A DNA stretch of 61,472 bases, counting the filler, from Sphacelaria rigidula (lineage: Eukaryota): the NCBI GenBank assembly GCA_964200075.2. It is 11 parts of 11 records of this genome, joined end to end, with 100 filler letters (N's around TTAATTAATTAA, not from the genome) between each part and the next. Parts side by side here need not be neighbours in the genome. Positions count along the whole stretch, not along the records: positions 1 to 5,498 come from CAXNAA020026834.1; positions 5,599 to 11,096 come from CAXNAA020026835.1; 9 more parts are not named here. The stretch is one strand, 5' to 3'. A program made the position numbers and the translations under genes. Shown in pieces: positions 1 through 10,591 of this stretch. The first letter of the stretch is position 1. Every line of letters starts with the position of its first letter. The notes under the pieces were generated by a model. It was not told where the DNA came from. It did not search any database and was given only the letters and a program-made list of their open reading frames with translations.

Positions 1-633
1 AGTCGTGCTAGGGGACATTGTAGGAGGTTTGGTCGGCGAAAGATATTCTTGTTTTTATTTCCCAAGTCCGACACTACCTGGGTGGGGGGGCACTCCCACC
101 TTGGTGACTATCCATCCATTCGCCGAACATGTCTACCCTAGGGTAGACATGTCTGACGGGTGGAGTGACTCGAAGCGCTGCACGAAACTAGAAATAGCGA
201 GGTGCACGGCTCAAGGTTCCTTCCTGTCCTCTGGGGACAAAACCCCCCCCCAAAAATAGAGCAGTACTTCACATTTTTCTGCGTACTATGCCGTGTGGCA
301 CATGGATGTGCCGTGCTCAAGTTTGCCTCACGGTACAGCTGTACTGTGGTGATGCGGTGCTGTTGCGAAACAACAGAAGTCAACAGGGTCAGGCACGCAA
401 GCAAGCCTGTTCGATTTGCTTTGCATGTAGCAATTATCCTTGAACTCTCCCTTCTCCATCAGCGTTGACCACGCGTTCTAGAGGAGTTGCTAGCTCAGGA
501 AAACCTCGAGTGCTTGGTCGACGATCAGGGAGCGGTTTCGGTAATTATGTACCGACATATTCTTCTTCTCTGTTCCTTCTTCTTCTCAGAGCGTGTTTCA
601 GTTTCGTTTTTTTGGGTATATCTATCATGAGAG

Positions 634-688
634 CACGGCTGGACCCCTGGGAGGTCAGTTAAAGTGCGACAACCAATCAATCAATCAA
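634..688 (+). repeat. Dispersed repeat 3' end with (AATC)n tail, probably a LINE/SINE terminus
   Basis: cacggctggacccctgggaggtcagttaaagtgcgacaaccaatcaatcaatc recurs at ~58091-58148, in diverged form at ~17825-17876, and as a short minus-strand piece at ~41367-41383. Confidence 0.7.
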
Positions 689-706
689 TTAATTAATTAA
701 AAGATT

Positions 707-1481
707 AGTGCTTACGGCGCGGGCAAGACCCTGTGCCTCAAAATGACGCCTTCATCCCTTATTCTGGCCTTCGAAGTGCTGTGTACGCGCAAAATAAATT
801 GAACAGAGATGAAAGGGTCATGTGTCGACCAGCATAGTTTGGAATTTAGACTTAAACTTCGGACTGGGGCGGAGAGACACGTCATTCTCACGTCTGCTTG
901 CGCCAGCAACCGTCTGCACTCACCACGTTTGTGCTGTACGCAGTATAGTGCTGTGCTGCACGTTGTGAAGGTGCGTCTTCGACACGTAGAATGCCCAGCA
1001 AAAACTCGCGTACTCGCCGCTTGAGAAACATGAAAACGAGTCCAGACAGGCGAACATGCGCCATTACAGCGACTGTGCGCTTGCTGAGTGGGCAGATGAG
1101 CCGACTCCGGTACCATTTCAGCTTTTCTAGTCGAGGATTTATGCGACTTCGTAGCTTGCGTCCCGGTCTATATCTTGTTGTGCAACCATCTGCACTGGAT
1201 GGCTATAATATCGTTTTGTACATATTATAGCACCACGGGGTCACCTTGGACGTGCGTTTTAGAGAGGTCTGCTCAGCAAAATCTACGGTGGTAGGGCGAC
1301 GACCAGCGAACAACTTTACAACAATGTACAACCGGTGAGTGCTTGCGGTGCGGGCAAGACCCTATGCCTAAAAAAAGCGCTTCCATTCATTAGTTCGGCC
1401 TTCGAAGTGCTGTCTATTCACCGACAAATTGGACAGAGATGAAGGGACCAGGTGTCGACCAGCATCGTTTGGAATTTTGAC
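707..1481 (+). repeat. Diverged ~145-bp direct repeat pair (707-851 and 1338-1481)
   Basis: agtgct..gcgggcaagaccct..ggccttcgaagtgctgt..acagagatgaa..gtgtcgaccagcat..ttggaattt is present in both copies. Confidence 0.85.
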
Positions 1482-3460
1482 ACTACTGCTCTGGTGTGGA
1501 TCGTTTCCAAACCAAGGCGGGAACCTCGTTCACTTCCGAAACATTTTTGAAAAAATAATGCAGCTTTACTCTTCGGCGGTCATGTCTGGCCTCACTAATT
1601 TTGAAACAAAATCCATGTTTCATTCGAAAAATTCCCGTAGAACTCCCAAATATATCATTTCTCCCAGCGAGTGTTTCCTTTTCGTTTTCATCTCGGCTAC
1701 GTCCATCATGTGCTTAGGCTGGATTCCTGGCGTATCAGTTAAAAAAGTGCGACGATCAGTCAATATAAACTTTTGGTCACATTGAGTGCCTTGCATTGCA
1801 ACCTTGTGGTGCTCGCGATGGAGAAGTGCCGATTTCGAGGTGCTGTGTTTTGAATAACACATGGTTGATTGTTTGCAGCTTCCAAGGACCACTATTTTGC
1901 CCAAGGCCTGTTTTTCAGACCCGCGACCGCTTCCAACTGGCGGTGAATCGCGCAAATACCGTATCGCACCTCAATCCTTCCACGTGTGGTGAGGGGATAT
2001 CCATGTACTTGGGCATACTACGTTGTTTCTGTGATGTGGCTTAGCACGCTTGCCAAGTGTTGGGCCGGCACAATCTCCGGACTGCAGCACAACAATACTC
2101 CGGTGGGGTGCGTCACCGATGTAAATGTGAATGTGTGCCGCAGTGCCACACGGGACTAAATATATAGAAAGTATAGAGGTGGCGCTGATTTTTGTTGTGT
2201 GGAATTCAGAGCCCGCGGTGCTGGTTTTTGCTGTGTGCACAATGTTGAACAAACTTGACCCGTTGCGTCCCCTTATTCGATAAAAACTATTCCGACCGCA
2301 CCCGGGCATGACGTGTGTCGGCGGATTCTTCTGTGGCCTTCCGCCGTGAAAATGGTCGTTTTCGGTTTCTTCCTTCCCTATGTTTTCTTTTTTGTCAGCG
2401 CTTGACATAATGAGACGTCTGGACCGGGGACGAGAGGGGGGGGTTCCCAAAGGGTTAATCGACAGTGAGTTTATTCGCTCACACTCGACCACTCTTTCAT
2501 TTCGTGTGAGTATTCTTTCTGGCCACAATGCTGTCGCGTGCGTACAGCTACTATAGCAACGCGTCAACATCCTTCTCAGGGACTTCAGAGGCTTCGGTCG
2601 CGAGCTACCATAGAAAGCGTTCAAGGCGCCGTATAAGGTCCGGAGAGTCATTCCGGCGGTGAAACTGTTTCAGGCTACGAGAATAATCGACCATTTGGAG
2701 AAATCTGGATTTTTAGATTTCTTCTATTTGACGGGGCCAATACAATAAAATATACACTTTGTATTTAGTACATCGCATCCACCCCACAGCAACGAGGTTC
2801 CATTCGAGCCGCTTCTTTGACTACGATGCGTCTGATTCTGTGAACGGCGATGAAAAGAATGACGGTGACACTATTTGATAGATCGTGGGGGCCACAGCGA
2901 GAACAAAGACGAGCTGCTCTACGGAAAAAATCTCTGATCGAGTCGGCCGACGCCTACAGTCCTCTTATACATTTGGGTTTCTCCCAAAATCCGTCAAGAT
3001 GTTTTCTGGAATAAGAAAACGGTATGCCTCCAAATTCGCCGCGATTTCGGAGCTCCATCGGCATTTTCAACTAGAGAATCCGCTTCGCTGACACGCTGAA
3101 ATCCGGAAACCCACTCAAGCGCATCTCTTGTACTTTAGATCATTACTTATGGGGACTGGGGACCGATCCCGAATCTGACGAGACCCCACTATGTGCCAAA
3201 TCGGCGGGACTCAGATTCGTGTGTACCCTACTATGGCCTGTGGCTTCACAGATTTGATCAACCACTGTAGTTCGGTACTCGTAGACGGAGGGCCATTTTT
3301 TGGAGGGGTGTTATATCACAGTGATGAACAAGCAAGTAGTGAATGATCCTTGAAGAGCAGCGTCCTACCTGTGGTACCCAAGAGTACAATGCACTGCAGT
3401 ACATTGCACCATCACAGCACACGATAATATCGTGTGGTAATACATGATAGTACAGTCAAC

Positions 3461-3869
3461 CACAGGCACCGTAGGTAAGGTAGGTACTCGGTACCGGTAT
3501 TTGGGACATCTCATACCCTACCGATACCGGTCCAATCCGGTATTTTGAAATGTCATACCTACGATACCACGGTATTTCGAGATTTCAATACCTACCGTAC
3601 CCGCCCAATCCGGTATTCTCAAAACTCATACCTACGATACCAGGGTATTTCGAGATTTCAATACCTACTGTACCGGCCCAATCCGGTATTTTGAAATGTC
3701 ATACTTACGATACCTACGATACCAGGGTATTTCGAGTATACCTACCGTACCGGCCCAATCCGGTATTTTGAAATGTCATACCTACGATATCTACGCACAC
3801 CACGGTATGGGATACCCCGGTAAATACCGGGGGTACGCTCGGTACGGTACCTTACCTACGGTGCCTGTG
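3461..3869. mobile_element. Non-autonomous DNA transposon (MITE), hAT/P-type, with 22-bp perfect TIR and 8-bp TSD
   Basis: TIR cacaggcaccgtaggtaaggta (3461-3482) and taccttacctacggtgcctgtg (3848-3869). cagtcaac flanks both sides (3453-3460 and 3870-3877). The interior is a ~75-bp degenerate tandem of ccaatccggtatt..catacctacgatacc..ggtatttcgag. Confidence 0.92.
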
Positions 3870-4464
3870 CAGTCAACAACAACAACAAGTGCATCAGTGT
3901 GCGACAGGAGTTCATGGGCGCAGTGCCACTTGTAACCCTGCAAGTACAGCGACAGCAGAGTAAAATAATACAGTATCGTTCGTTATGACGATACAGCAGC
4001 ACAGGGCAGCACAAAATATTACCATCGCCGCAGGGTACGGCATCAACACTTCTTATCCGCGACCAGTGAACGCTTTATGTGGATCAACACCCGACGGCAC
4101 CTACACGCTACCGCGTCTGGGTTTGGTTCGGACTTGACACTTTGAACGTGTGAAGCCCGAAAATAACATATACGTGAGCATAACAAGCGACTGTTGTACT
4201 ATTATTGCATCTTGCAAGGACAGTTGAAAACTCATCATGAGAATTCCGTTGGTGTACAACAGTGCAGCGAGACGGCGGAGTGCGGTACCCCCAGCGGACT
4301 GCTGTTCCCTGATTGTACTTACTGACAGCAAACATTGGCCTGTGCTGCACTGTGTTGGCTTGCCTGTATTGTGCATGTACTGTTCAGTATACTAGCTGTG
4401 GGAAGTGTTACGTAGCAGCACGAGAACAGCGAGGAGTGTAGTGTAATAGTGTCAGGTTGTGTTC

Positions 4465-4918
4465 TGTGAGGTACGGGTACGTTCTGTAGGGTATGAGGTT
4501 CCTCACAGAACTTACAGAACTGTCGGGTGCCGGTATGAAAGTCTTACAGAAGTTACCGGACTTGTCGGGTACGGTATGGGAGGCTTACAGAAAACCGGTA
4601 CCGGCAATCGGGTAACTCATGTAGGGCATACCCGCCCCTCGGGTTAGGGTATGGGAGGCTTACAGAACTCACGGAAAATGTCGGGTAGGGTATAGAGTTG
4701 CACAGAAGACCGTACCCGCAACCGGATATCTTTTCAAGAGCATACCCGTGCCCCTCGGTAACGGTACGGGCATGAAGGTCTTACAGAGATTACAGAACTG
4801 TCGGGTACCGGTATGGAAATCGTACAGAGTTTGCAAACCTTTCGGATACGGTAAATGCCGGGTATACAAGAAGCCGTACCCTACAAAACACGACTTTGGT
4901 ACTATGATCACCCCTGTG
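4465..4918 (-). mobile_element. Truncated MITE-like element with one CACAGG terminus and internal degenerate tandem repeats
   Basis: The minus-strand end reads cacaggggtgatcatagtacc, the same CACAGG start as 3461-3869. The motif cttacagaac..gtcgggtac..ggtatg is repeated internally. No partner TIR is seen. Confidence 0.55.
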
Positions 4919-5498
4919 GTGAGACCTACGTCATTACAACAGTGGCGAAATACAGATGATAATTCACGAAAACTCTGAACGGCTTCACGTATACTCGCAG
5001 AGAGTACATGAAGGAGCATTCACGGCTGCCCGTTCTCTGGAAGCCCTTCGGCACGCGACGAAATCGACGGCGGCCTTGACGACTTTCGGTGGCGGCTCAC
5101 AGTCTGTGCTGTACGTGTCGATGACGGCCTAGGGTTTGATGACCACGATGCAACCACCATCAACGTCGATGACGTGCGTCTTGCTACTTGATCCCCTTGT
5201 GGAGCAGATGAATCACCCCCGCTCGAGCCACCACTCGAGTCTGGGGGTAATCCATCCTGACGATCTGCAGTGCTGCTCATGTTTCGTGTTTCCACTCAGC
5301 GGTACCTCGTATTCCGCCAGATCCCAAACTAAAGAACTTTTCAACATTGAATTATTGTTGGTGTGCAGTTTTGAATGAAGAAGTTGGGTGGGTTGATCGA
5401 TGGGGTATACATGTTCAGGTCATGAGCTTGTCTTTGGATTGAGCCTATATCCGTGCCTCCCAAAGGTGTATACCTGTGCTCATACCTGCAATCGGGTA

Positions 5499-5598
5499 NN
5501 NNNNNNNNNNNNNNNNNNNNNNNNNNNNNNNNNNNNNNNNNNTTAATTAATTAANNNNNNNNNNNNNNNNNNNNNNNNNNNNNNNNNNNNNNNNNNNN
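5499..5598. other. Artificial contig linker (44 N + TTAATTAATTAA + 44 N). Repeated at 11097-11196, 16695-16794, 22293-22392, 27891-27990, 33488-33587, 39085-39184, 44682-44781, 50279-50378 and 55876-55975
   Basis: Ten identical 100-bp spacers with stops in all six frames. The intervening segments are 5498 or 5497 bp, in decreasing order. Confidence 0.98.
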
Positions 5599-8500
5599 AA
5601 AAAATGGGCGGGGCACAGCCATATTGGCGAGCGTTTGGCGTCTTGGCCGGCCCAGCTCGTAGTAGCCCCGTGCTCCTGTACTACACTATTAACAGTATAC
5701 TACTGTTGTACGCACTTCTTCGGCAGTTTCGTGAACCGACAGCAGCTTTTGCCCCCAAACGGGCCTACTGCCACTGTTCAACAAGAGTCCGAAAATTGAA
5801 ATAATTTCGTAGCTCGAGTTGGCTAATGCAAGGGGGCGCGCGGCTCACGTTGGTACTTCCATACCTAACTCCTTACCCTCCAGTGTATATAGACCAGAGA
5901 GTAATGCATCGACGTACTCGTGACTTTTGTATTTTTTCATGTACATTTTCAATTTCACCACTCCAACTCATGTATGAATCGTGAGATCTCCGCACAAAGC
6001 TCTCACCATAACTTGAAAAAATCCCCTCCCCCGCGAAACTGTTTTGCTTGGTTCCGTTCACCACTGCTTCCCGCACTGCTCCCGTACCTGCCCTCATCAA
6101 GTTGAGGGGTGGCACATCGTACGTATACGCAGGACACCACTACGAGAATAGCACAGCTACAAACATACGGCGAAGAGAAGAATAGTGCTTGTACACGTAC
6201 AAGGATAGGACGCATGGGCACCTGAGGAACAGCGGAGTCCTGTTGCGCTGACGGCACTACTGTAGGTGGCGAGGCCTCCATATCCCAACTCGCAACGTAC
6301 ACATGGCCACATCACATGTAAAAATAGTACTTCGAAGTACTATAATACGTACATCAGACGTGATGGTTTACCTCTGTATCGAAAAAAAAGCAAGGATTAC
6401 ACCGACCACTGTACTGTATCCTACAAGTGGCGCGAGAGTCATCTCACCGTCACAGCACACCCAGCAACAGAAGATCTCCAAGCACCGGCACCACCGCCAC
6501 CGTAATCACCACGCGCTATCAACGGCATCGCCCCCCCGACGCTGCTGCAGTTGCAGGGATATGCTGCGACGGTGTCTCTATCTGAAGCAGTTCTCTTGCT
6601 GTGTGATGAAGACGACGGTGTGGGCATAGTTGTAGTATCAACAGGCGGCGACGCCCGTCCGCAGCCGGCAACGAGGGAGTGCCCGCCTGTAGCGATGGAC
6701 GATGATGCGTGTGTGCCTCGTCTTGTGTATGTTGCGGTAGCGGCGGCTGATGCGGCGGCCTGCTTCGACGTCTGGTAAAGATGTGTGAATCGGGGTGGTG
6801 TTGCCCCTGGTGTTACTGCTGCTCCTGGGAAAGTTGACGTTGTTGAGGTTGGTGCGGGTTGAGTTTTGTTAGTAGCAGTGGTGTGAGTGCTGATGCTATT
6901 GGTTGCGGGGACAGAGTACGCTCCACCACGCTGCCTACGTCTCGGTCCCCGTAGGTATTGATGAGCTGACTTTCGGTACGCTGTCAACATCCCTAGCTTG
7001 TAGTATTGGTGTTCACAACCCCACCAAGTCCGTTTGTTGTCGCGATCGCGGGGCGATTCAACTATCATTTTGTGTCATGATTTAAAGTTTACATGCAAAT
7101 ATCGTCTTCCATCAGTCTTATTTCAAAACGGAGTCGCTCAACTGGCGCTCAACGTTCGCTCTAGCAGAGTAAGCTGTACCTAGTCACTTGCTTCGTATAA
7201 GCCGTTGATTAAAATTATATTTTTATGTGTGCTCTTGAATATACCGTTTTTTTATGAGTGTAGCAAGTCCCACCACACAAAATGACTTTGATTATGAATT
7301 AGGAATGCTGACGACCGTGGGTTTAGATGTGACAGACGAAAGTGAGTATGAAAACAACACATGCAAATCCACCACAGACAAAGCTATGATTGCATCTGCT
7401 CGTCGCTCTGACTGCCCTTGTGGCTGACGAGGACAAAACTGGAGGAGATCCTACCGACGATCACCTCCATCTTGAAGAAATATTTTCTAGCAAGCAGCTC
7501 TGATCATCGAATACGCCCGAGATCGGAAACGACTGCTAGTCGGAAACGTTGTTCAGCGTCCACCATACCCAGGACTGAACGCGAGGTGGTGCACCGTGAG
7601 AGGCACCGTGTTTGGGCAACGCGGAAATGGGAGACATGTCTCAGAGCCATCAGCGGACCGGAAGTACATCATTTACTATTGGCCATCAACCCACGGTAGC
7701 TTCCTTGAGGTAAATCGTCTCGCACAGGAACGACTATATTCACGTACTGATATTGTTTGGAGATACATGTGTACGGGGGACAGACAGCTTCAACTTTTAA
7801 CGGAGAGCACGATGCGCTACACAGGGTACGGTGGGGGTGGACGTGATTCCTCCCACTATGCAATAGATGCCCTTGCTGCGCTGACTGTAGTATGGTAACA
7901 ACGTACTTTTTATTTTGTGATAGAAGGGATACCAAGCCCGCATTACTGCCTACCAAACACGCGCCTCGACCCAGAGACAGACATACTGCATTGTGCTGCA
8001 TGTAATGGCGTGTCCTCTGCTCTCGTGGCTGATACTGCGCCGATACGCACAGACACTGCGCTGCTCAAACTCTCTCGCCCCCTGCAGGGGCGGCAGCTAG
8101 CTACGGATGTAGTGAAACAAATTACTACGTGGCAATGAACTGTTTGGCTGTGAAGTCGATGAAGTCACTGTATGGCTTGAGCGAGAGCCCTTTCCACCTT
8201 TATCCCAGGACCTCGCCTGCAAAACGCGCGTGTCGTAGAGGCGAGGGCACCAGCTGAAACTTGCCAAATGTGCATAGGATGCAGTACTCGTATGATGCTC
8301 CACGTACTGTGGATTTCCCGAATAGTGCAGTACCGAAATTACCTTGAATACGGAGTGTTTCATCGTACCGTGCCTCGAATATGGAGTTGTCCGAAATGTT
8401 GCCGCGTCCCGGTGGTGTAATGGTCCGATTGTCGCCATTAGTCTGGAGAGAGCGAGGGTTCGATTCCCCATGTGTTTTGTTTTATTCTTCGTAGTATGTG

Positions 8501-8930
8501 ATTTCCACCGTGGAAAGCGTGAGAACGTGAGTAAACAAAGTAGTCGACTGAGTTTGTTTGACGTGAGTTGACGCGGTGAGGGAGTGCTCATCCAATCCGC
8601 GAGACCAAAATGCAAGGCGTGTGCCGGGGAAAGATGGGTTGATCCCTTGAGACCACGGACTCGTCCCGAGGAAAGAGAGGGGTTCAAAGTGCAACAAATA
8701 GAAAAATGAATAAATAAAACTGCGTGGATTACCTATGCCCCAGAACGCCTCAGGGTCCCATAGACATTAACCCCTTGACCGCGAGGGGCAGGTTATCTGG
8801 GTGATGCGTTACATTTTTCAAGTGAAATTGGTCCCCGAGTATTTCAGAGTAACAGAAGTGCGGACACCCCCCAAATCTCCGTGTTTGGGACTCTATCCTA
8901 TCCTAAGGATCTTCGAAAAAAATTAGTATA

Positions 8931-9744
8931 CAGTGGGGGGCTCTCAGTAGTGCCGGTATGTGCCCACCACGGACACCGGCACTACTCAGAGAGCCCGGCA
9001 CTACTCTGAAAAGTGCCAAAACAGGTGCAATTAAGGGCTCTGAATACCTCAGTAGTGCTGGTTCTGGCACTACTGACGACCGTCCGTTCGTATAGTGCTA
9101 CGCTTGCCCTTCGTGGGACCAACGAAAGCACAAAACGGACGAGGACCTTTGTTTCAAGGGGTTTCGATAGGATTCGGGTTCCCACAACCTCCACCTTCTG
9201 CTTGATGGTGAGCCGAGCGCGAGACGCGCCTTCACTCCCTGTTTTCGCGTGTTTGCTTGTAGACTGCCCCGATCCAGCATCCTCGGATGAAACCTTTGTG
9301 CGCTTGCCCTTTTTTTGAAGGCACTTGCTGCAGATGCGGTGCATTTCGTTGTCGCCAAACATGCTGCCGCAAATACCGTGGAGCCTCCCGCCACATGTCC
9401 CCTGGCAACCGTGGCCATGACGGCCTTCTGGCGTCGTGGCCTGCACCAGGCACAGTCCACCTTCCGTACGAGGCATGTTGTGTCCCTACGTTGCAAGGTC
9501 TGCACCAGCACGTACCCTGCTGTACCCCTACTGGTGCTTGGTTGGTGGGGGGTAAGGCGTGCGTGAGTGTGTCCGGAACCGGCACTGTTGAGGGTACAAA
9601 ATGGTTCAAACCGGCACTACTGAGGTTCATCTGTCAGTAGTGCCGCCCGGCACTGCTACGAGCTCTGGCTGTGCCCGGAGATTATACCGGCATTATATAG
9701 GTCGTTGGCACTATTCAACTGGCACTCCTGAGAGCCCCCAACTG
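8931..9744 (-). mobile_element. Internally deleted pogo/Tigger-like (Tc1/mariner superfamily) DNA transposon
   Basis: 24-bp TIR cagtggggggctctcagtagtgcc and ggcactcctgagagcccccaactg (2 mismatches), with TA on both sides. ggcactact motifs are repeated internally and a transposase N-terminal remnant lies inside. Confidence 0.88.
9183..9476 (-). pseudogene. Transposase N-terminus: Cys/His finger (PHD-like) plus the start of a CENP-B/psq-type HTH
   Basis: MPRTEGGLC..HGCQGTCGGRLHGICG..RICSKC, then a basic linker, then RARLTIKQKVEVV, which resembles the R-x-x-LT-x-x-x-K-x-x-I/V start of the pogo/CENP-B HTH. The sequence is truncated after this. Confidence 0.65.
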
Positions 9745-9983
9745 TAAATAAATAAATAATGACGGCTACATCGCAAGAACGCTCGCTCCACCATCAATCA
9801 CACTGTACTTTGAGTCACAGCACGTGTTGTGCAACCTACGATACCATGATTGTGGGTCAGACAGCGTACGCCGCTTTCAATGAGAACGATACCCTGTAAT
9901 CAAACAGGCTGCAGGAGTAGTTAGGGCCGGTTGATTATATGCATTACACTGCATGAAACAATATACCAACATCTACTCATGGC

Positions 9984-10186
9984 CGTTATTATTACAGAGT
10001 TTCGGGGGGGAAAAAAATCTCCATTTCAGGGTGCAAATATCTCAGGATTAGGGTGTGACGAAAACTTATTTCCCCCTCCGTCAAATGTGGTATCCCTTCA
10101 ACATTTTAGTTTTAAACTGCACCCTGATCCTGAGATATTTGCACTCTAAAATGACAGAAAGACGCTTTCCGAAACTCTATTAACGA
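9984..10186. mobile_element. Small fold-back/MITE
   Basis: gtgcaaatatctcaggattagggtg (10031-10055) is inverted at 10120-10144. agagtttcgg and ccgaaactct form outer arms. Confidence 0.65.
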
Positions 10187-10422
10187 CTTTTATTTTCCAT
10201 CCATTCCATCATTATTCATCCATTTTCATCCGTATTCATCCATATCCCATCCATATTTCATCGTAAAATTGATGACAATGGGTGAAAAATAAAAGCCAAA
10301 TGATCACGACCCTCGGTCGGTTTCACGCCATGCTGGTCATAAATACAAAAAAAGACAGTTGATATACGGTGTATAAGTACATGTATGCCGCAACATTCAT
10401 GATCAGATTTGAGGGGAATTTC

Positions 10423-10591
10423 CACACCTTGGACAATATATGGACATAGTTGCAATAGACAAGAAACGTACTGCATATAGTACAGGCCTATTGCGACTAT
10501 TGTCGGCCAGCAATAGCTGCGATAGGCCTATACTTTACTCAGTACACTTCTCGTCTATTGCATCTATTCACCATATATTGTCCAGGGTGTG
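10423..10591. mobile_element. MITE, CACACC(C/T)TGGACAATA TIR family, 8-bp TSD
   Basis: TIRs cacaccttggacaatatatgg and ccatatattgtccagggtgtg. Flanks ggaatttc and gaaatttc (1 mismatch). A second copy lies at 39928-40103. Confidence 0.88.

Noticed and set aside
688..700. ttaattaattaa resembling the contig linker
   Set aside because: No flanking Ns. It is the decayed continuation of the (AATC)n tail.
1971..2651. 226-aa minus ORF; likewise 6439-7068, 8097-8687, 11904-12455 and 29132-29710
   Set aside because: No recognisable motifs, low-complexity or repeat-derived composition, and several lack ATG starts. Consistent with chance ORFs.
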